The position numbers and the translations under genes are program-made. This document shows positions 30,396-38,841 of a stretch of 64,000 nucleotides of DNA, piece by piece. Location: the IMG/VR virus record IMGVR_UViG_3300020450_000008; one strand, written 5' to 3'. The DNA is from a virus. Its lineage: Duplodnaviria > Caudoviricetes. The notes under the pieces are model-generated. The model ran no database searches, was not told the origin of the DNA, and was given only the letters and a program-made list of their open reading frames with translations. Every line of letters starts with the position of its first letter. Position 1 is the stretch's first letter.

Positions 30396-30960
30396 AATTA
30401 ATTTAGGATGCGGATGGGAATGTAGAGATGGTTGGTTAAACGTTGACAATACTCAAAAGCCACAAAAAGAAAACTATCCAATTGAATTTATGGATGTTAC
30501 TAAAACATGGCCATATGAAGATAATTATTTTGATTATGCCCTTAGTGAGCATATGATAGAACATATAAGAGATAAAGATAATTTATTCATGTTAAAAGAA
30601 GCATTAAGAACTTTAAAACCAGGTGGTGTGATTAGAATAACATGTCCTGATAGATCATTTTATGAAAATTTAGTTAAACTAGGAGATCATCATCCTTTTG
30701 TTGTAAACTATAGTCAAAAAATATTTAACAGAAAAACTGAGCTTGGCATGGCTCAAAAAATCATGATGAGAACATTAAATGAACAAGGACATGTATGGAT
30801 TCCAACAGAAGAGATGTTAGTCAACCAATTAAAGAAAGCTGGTTTTAAAAAAGTAAAGTCTTGTAAATATGGTATCAGCGAACATAGTGAATTAAATGGT
30901 ATAGAGCTAAATGATGGTGTTCGTAACTACGAATCACTTTGTGTGGAAGGAACTAAATAA
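30388..30960 (+). CDS. SAM-dependent methyltransferase (type 11-like)
   Basis: INLGCG, WLNVD, SEHMIEH, LKPGGVIRITCPD. Confidence 0.85.
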   Translation: MNKINLGCGWECRDGWLNVDNTQKPQKENYPIEFMDVTKTWPYEDNYFDYALSEHMIEHIRDKDNLFMLKEALRTLKPGGVIRITCPDRSFYENLVKLGDHHPFVVNYSQKIFNRKTELGMAQKIMMRTLNEQGHVWIPTEEMLVNQLKKAGFKKVKSCKYGISEHSELNGIELNDGVRNYESLCVEGTK

Positions 30961-31577
30961 TGAAACTTAATTCAATATTCATACAAAATGGCTGTGATAA
31001 AGGCACTAAACATACGTATTCCAAAGTATATGAAAAAGACATGGAAAAGGTTAGAAATGAAAAAATAAATCTATGCGAGATCGGAATATTTAAAGGTGCA
31101 AGTGTTGCTGCATGGCTAGACTACTTTCCAAATGCTACAATATATGGAGTAGATACTTTTCAAAGAATCAATCCTGAAGATATTGAGGTATTACAAAATC
31201 CTAGAGTAAAATGGTTGGCTGCAGATTCTTTAAAAGCTGGTGTTGGAATAAAGATACAGAAAGAATGGGGAGATGTAAAGTTTGACTTTATGATTGATGA
31301 TGGACTACATACACCAGAAGCAAACGCATTAACCTTTCAAAATTTTAGTCCCTTTTTAAAAGAACATGGTATTTACTATGTAGAAGATGCCTGGCCTTTA
31401 GACATCATGACTATGGATGAGATGGATATAGATTGGATAAAAAGTAGGAGTGATAGATACAATATGCTAAAGATGAATACATTCTTTAGTTCTATAAAAG
31501 ATTTTAAATATAAAAGATTTGATTTAAGAAAAGACAGAGGAATACCAGATAGTTATATTTTTAGGATGCAAAGATGA
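30960..31577 (+). CDS. SAM-dependent (sugar O-)methyltransferase
   Basis: DKGTKHTY, LCEIGIFKGAS..W..YFP, FDFMIDDGLH, GIYYVED. Confidence 0.8.
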   Translation: MKLNSIFIQNGCDKGTKHTYSKVYEKDMEKVRNEKINLCEIGIFKGASVAAWLDYFPNATIYGVDTFQRINPEDIEVLQNPRVKWLAADSLKAGVGIKIQKEWGDVKFDFMIDDGLHTPEANALTFQNFSPFLKEHGIYYVEDAWPLDIMTMDEMDIDWIKSRSDRYNMLKMNTFFSSIKDFKYKRFDLRKDRGIPDSYIFRMQR

Positions 31578-32266
31578 GAGCTTATGCAATTGTAATTAAA
31601 GACAATGAAGTATCTGAAAAAGGTTATGAAAAATTAACTGAAAGTTATATGGAAGTTGATAATGAATTTCCTTTAAAAAGATTTGATGCAGTTACTCCCG
31701 CTACGGTAGATAATGTTCTAGATAATACAGAATTAAAATGGAACTATCCTTGGCAGGGTGAAGTTATTGACTTTGCAACTGGATTAACTAAAAAAGCATA
31801 TGAAACAAAAAATCAAAAAGCCAGAATAGCATGCGCACTAAGTCACTATCTTTTATGGGAACAATGTGTGATGTTAGATAAGCCAATTTTAATATTAGAA
31901 CATGATTCAGTTTTTATAAAAAAGATTGATTTTTCTCCTGAAGATACAGGATACGATATTATAGGAATAAACAATCCACTTGGCTGTACAAGAAAGTCTA
32001 AAGTATTTCATGATAAAATACTCGAGAATAATCGATTCTTTCAACTAGCACCTTATGTTGATGGTGATATGAAAATTCCACAAGGGCTTGCAGGTAATTC
32101 AGCTTATATAGTTAAACCTGAAGGTGCACACGATCTTATAAGATTAGTTGTTAAACATGGACTGTGGCCTAATGATGCTATAATGTGTCGTCAATTAATA
32201 GACGTAGCGGTAACTAGAAAATTTTATACAAGAGTCCAAGGACTTCCATCAACTACTACAAAATGA
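31574..32266 (+). CDS. Glycosyltransferase family 25-like
   Basis: RFDAV, ACALSHYLLW, ILILEHD, NSAYIV. Confidence 0.8.
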   Translation: MRAYAIVIKDNEVSEKGYEKLTESYMEVDNEFPLKRFDAVTPATVDNVLDNTELKWNYPWQGEVIDFATGLTKKAYETKNQKARIACALSHYLLWEQCVMLDKPILILEHDSVFIKKIDFSPEDTGYDIIGINNPLGCTRKSKVFHDKILENNRFFQLAPYVDGDMKIPQGLAGNSAYIVKPEGAHDLIRLVVKHGLWPNDAIMCRQLIDVAVTRKFYTRVQGLPSTTTK

Positions 32267-32877
32267 TAGAAAAATATATTCCAAAATTTTTAAGTTGTTT
32301 ATATCATGAAAGAATTAAAGATGTTATTCCTGGTCAGGAACTTATTGACATGTTTCATTCAAATCAAATCAATAGTATATATGAAATTTTAAAAGCGGCT
32401 GATGCGTTAAAGATGCAAGGTATGCCTACAAAAACTCTATATATTGGATCTTGGATGGGATTTAAAACTAAACTCTTTTCAGAATATTTTCAACTTAGTA
32501 TCACAGAACTTGAACTTGATGAGAGATGTAAAGCTGTAAGCGAAATATGGAATTCAGATAATAAAAATTATAATGGTCATATACAAGGAGATGCAAATCA
32601 ATTAGATAAAGAGTTTTATAAAGATTTTAAAACAGTTATTAACCCAAGTTGTGAACATATGAATGATGAATGGTATTATAACCTTCCTGATGGAACTTTT
32701 GTAATATTACAAAGTAATGATTTTGATATACCACAACATACAAATTTTATAAAAAATATTGAGGAAATGAAAAATAAGTATAAAATGCGTGATATATATT
32801 CGTGTACACTGCAGTGTACTGTTTATCAGCGATTCACATTAGCTGGAATCAAAACGGCAGAGTCGATCCTGCCTTAA
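32263..32877 (+). CDS. Class I SAM-dependent methyltransferase-like protein
   Basis: LYIGSWMG, ELDERC, VINPSCEHM, LQSND, YQRFTLAG. Confidence 0.65.
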   Translation: MIEKYIPKFLSCLYHERIKDVIPGQELIDMFHSNQINSIYEILKAADALKMQGMPTKTLYIGSWMGFKTKLFSEYFQLSITELELDERCKAVSEIWNSDNKNYNGHIQGDANQLDKEFYKDFKTVINPSCEHMNDEWYYNLPDGTFVILQSNDFDIPQHTNFIKNIEEMKNKYKMRDIYSCTLQCTVYQRFTLAGIKTAESILP

Positions 32878-32904
32878 CACCCTCGAAACCTAACGGAGAA
32901 ATAA

Positions 32905-33924
32905 ATGAGAAATTTACTACTAGCAATACTTTCAGTATTGTTCCTAGCTACAGGAGCATTTGCTGGAGGAGATAAATTAAAAGTCGGATTCATATATGTT
33001 GGACCAGTCGGCGATCACGGTTGGACTTACATGCATGATCAAGGACGTCTATCAGTTGAAGAAGCTTTTGGAGATAAAGTGGAAACAACATATATTGAAA
33101 GCGTTCCTGAAGGAGCAGATGCTGAAAGAGCCATAACTCAATTAGCTTTATCTGGCCATGATATTATATTTGCAACGTCATTTGGATATATGGAACAAAT
33201 GTTAAATGTTGCAAAGAAGTTTCCAAACGTAAAGTTTGAACACGCAACTGGATATAAGACAGCACCTAATATGTCTGTGTATTCTTCTAAGTTCTATGAA
33301 GGTAGATATATCCAAGGAGTTATAGCAGGTATGATGAGTAAGAAAGGAAAAGCAGGTTATATTGCTTCATTTCCAATTCCAGAAGTTATTCGTGGAATTA
33401 ACTCATTCTATCTTGGAGCAACATCTATCAATCCTGATTTTGATCTAGATATTGTATGGGTCAATACCTGGTACGATCCTGCAAAAGAAGGAGATGCTGC
33501 AAGTGTGTTAATATCTCAAGGAGCTGACATTATAACACAACATACTGATTCGACTGCACCGTTACAAATAGCACAATCAAAAGGTATATTAGGATTTGGT
33601 CAAGCTTCTGATATGATTAAGTTTGCTCCCGATACTCAAATGACTGCTATTATCGATGACTGGGGTCCTTACTATGTTGCTAGAGTAAAGGCTGTTCTCG
33701 ATGGAACCTGGGAGTCTGCAGACACCTGGGGCGGAATGGATACTGGTATGGTTAAAATGGCGCCATATACTAATCTTCCTGAAAATATAAAACATGCCGC
33801 AGCTAAAATTGCTATCGAAATTAGAGATGGTAAATTTGATCCATTTGGTGGAAAGTTTTCTGTAGGCGAACTTCTTGGAATGAATCAATATCTTGAAGGT
33901 ATTGATGCTCAAGTACCAAATTAA
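32905..33924 (+). CDS. BMP/PnrA-family ABC transporter substrate-binding protein (nucleoside/purine-type)
   Basis: Signal peptide (..GAFA|G), KVGFIYVGPVGDHGW, IFATSFGY, GYIASFPIPEV.RGIN, WYDP.KE, ADIITQHTDS. Confidence 0.92.
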   Translation: MRNLLLAILSVLFLATGAFAGGDKLKVGFIYVGPVGDHGWTYMHDQGRLSVEEAFGDKVETTYIESVPEGADAERAITQLALSGHDIIFATSFGYMEQMLNVAKKFPNVKFEHATGYKTAPNMSVYSSKFYEGRYIQGVIAGMMSKKGKAGYIASFPIPEVIRGINSFYLGATSINPDFDLDIVWVNTWYDPAKEGDAASVLISQGADIITQHTDSTAPLQIAQSKGILGFGQASDMIKFAPDTQMTAIIDDWGPYYVARVKAVLDGTWESADTWGGMDTGMVKMAPYTNLPENIKHAAAKIAIEIRDGKFDPFGGKFSVGELLGMNQYLEGIDAQVPN

Positions 33925-33927
33925 TGG

Positions 33928-33956
33928 TTTACATAGCACTTTAACTGTGATATAAT
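33928..33956 (+). promoter_or_regulatory. sigma70/T4 early-type promoter
   Basis: TTTACA-17 nt-TATAAT. Confidence 0.7.
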
Positions 33957-33962
33957 TATAAT

Positions 33963-33986
33963 AGTGGCGGTTGAAAGATCGCCACT
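33963..33986 (+). other. GC-rich 5'-leader hairpin with GAAA tetraloop
   Basis: AGTGGCG-GTT-GAAA-GAT-CGCCACT, starting at the predicted +1. Confidence 0.6.
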
Positions 33987-34004
33987 TACATAAGGAACTA
34001 TATA

Positions 34005-34667
34005 ATGATGAAAGCTTTTGTTTTAACAATCAAAGACATAGAGCAGTCTCAGCAAGCCGCTCATAGGTGTATAAAATCTGGAAAGACACATGGTATTGAT
34101 GTTCAAAAACATTACGGTTTTACACCAAAAGATAATCCCTTACAAATATTAGAAGAAAAAAGTTTACCACTAACTAGGTTTAAAGAAAAGTGGTCTAGAC
34201 TTGATAATGTTGTTGCTGCCTTTTTAGGCCACAGATCACTATGGGAAATATGCGCTGAAGGTAAAGATAATTTTTTGATACTTGAACATGACGCTGTATT
34301 TGATTCTTCTATAAATGCTCACTTATTATATACTCAAGATCATGATATTGTATCGGTGGGTGCGCCTTCCTATGGAAAGTTTAATACACCTATGCAACTG
34401 GGAATAGGACCTTTGGTTTCAAAGCCATACTTTCCTGGAGCTCATGCTTATATATTAACACCTAAAGGAGCAAAAGAAGCATTAAGAGTATCAATGACCG
34501 AAGCGGGTCCTACAGATGTTTTCTTTAATTTAAATAACTTTCCTAATCTAAAAGAATTTTACCCTTGGCCTGTAAGAGCAAATGATAATTTTACAACTAT
34601 ACAAAGACAAGAAGGCTGTTTGGCAAAACATAATTGGAAAGATGGGATAGCATATGAAATCGTTTAA
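34005..34667 (+). CDS. Glycosyltransferase family 25-like
   Basis: AAFLGHRSLW, FLILEHDA, GAHAYIL. Confidence 0.8.
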   Translation: MMKAFVLTIKDIEQSQQAAHRCIKSGKTHGIDVQKHYGFTPKDNPLQILEEKSLPLTRFKEKWSRLDNVVAAFLGHRSLWEICAEGKDNFLILEHDAVFDSSINAHLLYTQDHDIVSVGAPSYGKFNTPMQLGIGPLVSKPYFPGAHAYILTPKGAKEALRVSMTEAGPTDVFFNLNNFPNLKEFYPWPVRANDNFTTIQRQEGCLAKHNWKDGIAYEIV

Positions 34668-35328
34668 ACATGCATTTTTAACAGGATGTGATGAAGCAAA
34701 TGAGTGGATGATTCCTTGGTTTGTAAGTAACTATATGGAACATAATGACGTACCACTTTTGTTTGCAGACTTTGGTGTGAGTAGCGAATTCTTAGATTAT
34801 GCTCATGAAACATTTAATGAAGTTTTAGATCTATCAGAAAAAACTGAAGAAAAAGGTTGGTTTAAAAAGCCAAGGGCTATGATAATGGCATCCAAAAAAT
34901 GTGACTACACTTGCTGGATAGATACTGATTTTCAAATAGTTGATGAAATACAAACAGTATTTAATTATGTAGAAGAAGGTAGATTAGCAATGGTGGAAGA
35001 TAAACCTTGGACAAAAAGAAGAAGTTTATCTATCCCTTGGTATAATTCAGGTATTGTTGCATTCAAAGATTGTCCACAAATATTAGAAAAATGGGCTGAA
35101 AGAGTAAGACAAAATCCAATTGTAGGTGATCAAGAGGTATTACATAGTATGATGGATAGTCCACTTACTCAAAGAATATATATTTCAGATGTTCCAAATG
35201 AATACAACTGGTTGCGATTACAATTAGAACATGACAACCAGGATAGTAAAAGAAAAAAAGCTATTCATTGGACAGGACAAAAAGGTAAAGAGAGAATTAA
35301 AAATATGGTAAGAAAATGGGAGAAGTAG
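34654..35328 (+). CDS. Glycosyltransferase (GT8-like)
   Basis: CWIDTD, YNSGIV, GDQEVLH, YNWLR, IHWTG.KG. Confidence 0.75.
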   Translation: MKSFKHAFLTGCDEANEWMIPWFVSNYMEHNDVPLLFADFGVSSEFLDYAHETFNEVLDLSEKTEEKGWFKKPRAMIMASKKCDYTCWIDTDFQIVDEIQTVFNYVEEGRLAMVEDKPWTKRRSLSIPWYNSGIVAFKDCPQILEKWAERVRQNPIVGDQEVLHSMMDSPLTQRIYISDVPNEYNWLRLQLEHDNQDSKRKKAIHWTGQKGKERIKNMVRKWEK

Positions 35329-35990
35329 CACACCTTATAGGAAATGGAAAAAGTTCTGGATTTTACAGTCCAGCACCAGGTTTGAAAATTACTTGTAATT
35401 TACCACCATTTGAAGTTCCAAACACTTATACAACTGTGATGGTTGATTTTAAAATGATGAATGCAATTCATAAAGGTTCAATACAGGTTCCTGGTGATTG
35501 GGTTCTTGGCGCAAGACCACATAAATGGATGGAAATGCGTAATGATTTTTATATTAAATATTCTAAGCAGATAAAAGAATTTTATTTAGTTCTACCAAAG
35601 TACGCGCCTAACTATACTGATTTTAACTGTGGTCACATGGCAACTCATTGGGTGGCAAATAAATTACAAAGAAAAGAGATTCATATGTATGGATTTGATT
35701 CTATATTTGAATTTGATACGACTAGTATGTCAGATACATTTATGGCATCTGTTAGAGATAATATGAATACTGAAAAATTAACAACAAATTGGCGGCCAAT
35801 ATGGCATGGTATATTTAATGAGTTTCCTAATACACAGTTTATACTATATCATGATATTGGTAAATCTCAGATTCCTCTACCACCGAACGTTGAAGTCCGG
35901 ACGTCTAATAAAGGAAAAACGGCTATTCGTAAAAAGAATGACCCTCCAAAACCTTTTAGTAGAGAAGAAATAGTCAATTCTTCTGTGTAA
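35316..35990 (+). CDS. GT29/sialyltransferase-like or MAF-like hypothetical protein
   Basis: AHLIGNGKS, IHMYGFD pattern of the GT29/DUF115 fold. Confidence 0.5.
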   Translation: MGEVAHLIGNGKSSGFYSPAPGLKITCNLPPFEVPNTYTTVMVDFKMMNAIHKGSIQVPGDWVLGARPHKWMEMRNDFYIKYSKQIKEFYLVLPKYAPNYTDFNCGHMATHWVANKLQRKEIHMYGFDSIFEFDTTSMSDTFMASVRDNMNTEKLTTNWRPIWHGIFNEFPNTQFILYHDIGKSQIPLPPNVEVRTSNKGKTAIRKKNDPPKPFSREEIVNSSV

Positions 35991-36037
35991 CATTTATGTA
36001 ACAGCATAAATTATTTCACTTTTATTGAAAATAATCG

Positions 36038-36066
36038 TTTACATTTATTCTTTTTTATAGTATATT
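36038..36066 (+). promoter_or_regulatory. Strong early-type promoter (operator-associated class)
   Basis: CGTTTACA-17 nt-TATATT, then AGTTATATAAGG. Confidence 0.75.
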
Positions 36067-36097
36067 AGTTATATAAGGTAATTAATAAGGAAGATAA

Positions 36098-36469
36098 ATG
36101 ATTTCATCAGAAAGAAAATACAACAAATTCTCAAAGACTTTGTCACCTAAGCTAGCTTCATGGTTAGCTGACGATCACACTTACATTTCAGATACTAAGA
36201 GCAAGTTAGCAGCTCGTGCCAAGAGGCGTCAAGATGCTTTAGCTGATTGGGATCTTCATTTAGTTACTTTCAACAAGATGTTCATCGAATGGGCAGTTGA
36301 AAATTCTGTTAGTGATGAACTTGGTGAAAAGATCTCATTCGCAGTGAGTGACTCTCAGTTAGAACCAATCACTAAAGATTACAGAGTTGATTGGAGATTG
36401 AAGAAAGAATTTCCTGAAGTTGATTGGGAAGTTAAGACCAAAGAATATTTAGATGGAGGATTATATTAA
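36098..36469 (+). CDS. Hypothetical early protein
   Basis: SD AAGGA; first ORF after the promoter. Confidence 0.7.
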   Translation: MISSERKYNKFSKTLSPKLASWLADDHTYISDTKSKLAARAKRRQDALADWDLHLVTFNKMFIEWAVENSVSDELGEKISFAVSDSQLEPITKDYRVDWRLKKEFPEVDWEVKTKEYLDGGLY

Positions 36470-36651
36470 TGTTATATTATGATGTATTTAATGAAAAAGT
36501 TGGAACAATAAGTAGCTTTACTTCTCTCGAAGAAGCACAAAAGTCAGCTAAAAAATATGCAAAGCAAATGAATCATTACTTTGTTATATTCAAGAGATTC
36601 CCTAACGGTTCTCAAGGACTTGTTAAGTGGGTCTTCCCGAGGAAAAAATAA
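36469..36651 (+). CDS. Hypothetical protein
   Basis: TAATG coupling. Confidence 0.6.
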   Translation: MLYYDVFNEKVGTISSFTSLEEAQKSAKKYAKQMNHYFVIFKRFPNGSQGLVKWVFPRKK

Positions 36652-36773
36652 TGATTAGAGAATATCTTTCATATGTTGTTCTTGCAGTCTTTGCGTTTGG
36701 CTGGATGGATATAGGATTTGGTCCACAATGGACTTGGTGGTATTTAATTGCATATTTAGGCGGTGGAGTTTAA
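36651..36773 (+). CDS. Small membrane protein (40 aa)
   Basis: TAATG coupling; MIREYLSYVVLAVFAFGWMDIGFGPQWTWWYLIAYLGGGV. Confidence 0.55.
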   Translation: MIREYLSYVVLAVFAFGWMDIGFGPQWTWWYLIAYLGGGV

Positions 36774-36877
36774 TGGATAGAAACCCTACAGAATTTGAAG
36801 CGTTATTAGTTATAATGGTAAGTTCAGTTGTAATAACAGTCGTATTGAATGCAGTAGTCTATGCTTTTATCGGTTAA
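36773..36877 (+). CDS. Small membrane protein (34 aa)
   Basis: TAATG coupling; MDRNPTEFEALLVIMVSSVVITVVLNAVVYAFIG. Confidence 0.5.
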   Translation: MDRNPTEFEALLVIMVSSVVITVVLNAVVYAFIG

Positions 36878-37268
36878 TAAAGTTCCAAAGAAACTTGGTT
36901 CAGATACTTTAAACAAAGTATTGGACTTTGCTGAAAAATATCTAAAGTTAAATCCAAAATTAGATATTCATATTGACTTTATAAAAACTAAAAAGTTTCT
37001 AGGTCAATATGAAGGCATTGATGAACATGGTGAAACACACTTTATAGATATAAATGAAACTCAAAGTCAAGAAGACATTATTAGATCTATATTTCATGAG
37101 TTAGTTCATGTAAGACAGACTGATGATGGAGATCTATCATTAGATGGAAATAGTTGGAAAGGCTTTTTGTATAGAACTAAAGAAATGGAAGTAGACTATG
37201 ATCATCTTCCATGGGAAAAAGAAGCGGCTGAATTAGAAGAAACAATGTGGAGAACTTGGAATGCCTGA
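36861..37268 (+). CDS. Zn metallopeptidase-like protein (HExxH)
   Basis: IFHELVHVRQ, YDHLPWEKEA. Confidence 0.75.
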   Translation: MLLSVNKVPKKLGSDTLNKVLDFAEKYLKLNPKLDIHIDFIKTKKFLGQYEGIDEHGETHFIDINETQSQEDIIRSIFHELVHVRQTDDGDLSLDGNSWKGFLYRTKEMEVDYDHLPWEKEAAELEETMWRTWNA

Positions 37269-37989
37269 AACATTTATGGAGTTTGATTCTTCCTGGCATA
37301 AAGAATATAAATCAGAAGAAGACTTTCAATGCTGGGATGCTTATCCAGAATACCGATGGTTGTTTAATAAGCTTGAAGTTTCTATGAAACTAGGATATGA
37401 TTGTGGGCCTGCAGGAGTTCCTATAACTAAAGCTGGTAACTATATTATACGACCAACATATAATTTATATGGTATGGGCATAGGTGCGCATAAGAAGTAT
37501 CTAGACCCTGATAAGCATGGTGACGATATGGTTCATCACAAACATATTCCTCCTGGATATTTTTGGTGTGAATGGATTACTGGAAAACATCATAGTATTG
37601 ATTTTATGAAACAAGACGACAAATGGGTTCCTTTTAGCGCAATGATAGGTCATCATTATGGAGAAGACAATCTTGTAAAATTTAAAGAATGGGAAGTCAT
37701 AGAACCGGAATTTGAGTTACCAGATTGGCTTCATTCTGTAGAAACTGAAAGATATTTAAATATTGAAAGCAAAGATGATAAGATCATAGAAGTACATCTA
37801 AGAAGTGGTAATGATCATATATGGAATCTTAATGTAGGTTCTAAAGTATATCCAGTATGGGAAGGTGATGATTATAAAGAACTTGAACACCTTGAATTTG
37901 TAGGAAATATGCATTCAGAATCATTTAAATATCAGGCTGATGGGCATTTATCTGATTTAAGATTAGGTTACTATATAGATTCTGTATAA
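37261..37989 (+). CDS. Conserved phage hypothetical (possible ATP-grasp-like fold)
   Basis: YIIRPTYNLYGMG, YFWCEW..GKHHSIDF, IIEVHLR. Confidence 0.55.
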   Translation: MPETFMEFDSSWHKEYKSEEDFQCWDAYPEYRWLFNKLEVSMKLGYDCGPAGVPITKAGNYIIRPTYNLYGMGIGAHKKYLDPDKHGDDMVHHKHIPPGYFWCEWITGKHHSIDFMKQDDKWVPFSAMIGHHYGEDNLVKFKEWEVIEPEFELPDWLHSVETERYLNIESKDDKIIEVHLRSGNDHIWNLNVGSKVYPVWEGDDYKELEHLEFVGNMHSESFKYQADGHLSDLRLGYYIDSV

Positions 37990-37992
37990 ATA
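37985..37992 (+). promoter_or_regulatory. T4 late promoter
   Basis: TATAAATA 5 nt before ATG 37998. Confidence 0.65.
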
Positions 37993-37997
37993 GACTT

Positions 37998-38519
37998 ATG
38001 TTAACATTTAAAACATATTTAAGAGAATCATATACTAATTGGAAACATGAAGAGCCAGTAAAGTATTCTAAGCATCTCGAAAAAACATTTGGTAAACCAG
38101 ATGAAATTACCGATAGTCAAACTATTTGGTATAATAAAGATGGTTTTAAAAGAATAGTCGTTAAAGACGAATATATTCTACACGCTTCACCTGCTCCACA
38201 TTATGACTTTGTATATTGTTACGTTGATTTACAAGTGCCAGAAGAAATGGCAACAGATCTTGCTAAATCAAGTGGCAGTATCATGATTGACTTCTTAAAA
38301 GGGGAAGTTGGAGCAAGATGCTCTTCTACTACAGCCAATGCAACTACAATAAACTATTGTTTAGATGTTGTATCAGGTAGAGTCAAGCCTTCAAAAGCTG
38401 AGTATGAAAAAAGAATACTTGGAATGAAGAAGATGTTTTCTACTGGCAAAAAGTATGAACTTGATTGGTGGCCTGACGAAACAAGTGACGCTGATCCTAA
38501 GAATCCATACTACAAATGA
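37998..38519 (+). CDS. Late protein, candidate capsid internal protein
   Basis: N-terminus MLTFKTYLRE resembles the T4 capsid-targeting sequence. Confidence 0.6.
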   Translation: MLTFKTYLRESYTNWKHEEPVKYSKHLEKTFGKPDEITDSQTIWYNKDGFKRIVVKDEYILHASPAPHYDFVYCYVDLQVPEEMATDLAKSSGSIMIDFLKGEVGARCSSTTANATTINYCLDVVSGRVKPSKAEYEKRILGMKKMFSTGKKYELDWWPDETSDADPKNPYYK

Positions 38520-38836
38520 TTTTCAAATTCAAGCAGTTTATTGACCTAGAAGAAAACTCTAAGTGTCCTCCAGGATACAAATATGATCCTGAGTTAAAGA
38601 TGTGTATCGATAAAAATTACAAAAGATCAGTAATGTATAGACCATACTTTGGTAGATACTTAAGTACACAGCAGCCAAAACAAGAACAACCACCAAAGAA
38701 AAATGGTAATGGAAATGGAAATGGCAGTCCAAAAAATGGCAATGGCAATAATGGCAATGGAAATGGTGGGAACGGCAACGGGAACGGTGGTGGTAATGGC
38801 GGAGGAGCCGGCGGCGGAAATGGCGCAGGTGCTTAA
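38516..38836 (+). CDS. Late protein with Asn-Gly low-complexity tail, candidate capsid internal protein
   Basis: [14 protein letters not shown]-terminus; [12 protein letters not shown]; (NG)n tail. Confidence 0.6.
   Translation: MIFKFKQFIDLEENSKCPPGYKYDPELKMCIDKNYKRSVMYRPYFGRYLSTQQPKQEQPPKKNGNGNGNGSPKNGNGNNGNGNGGNGNGNGGGNGGGAGGGNGAGA
38701..38833 (+). repeat. Degenerate (AAY GGN)n coding repeat (Asn-Gly/Gly runs)
   Basis: aatggtaatggaaatggaaatggc...ggcaatggcaataatggcaatggaaatggtggg... Confidence 0.8.
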
Positions 38837-38841
38837 ATGAT

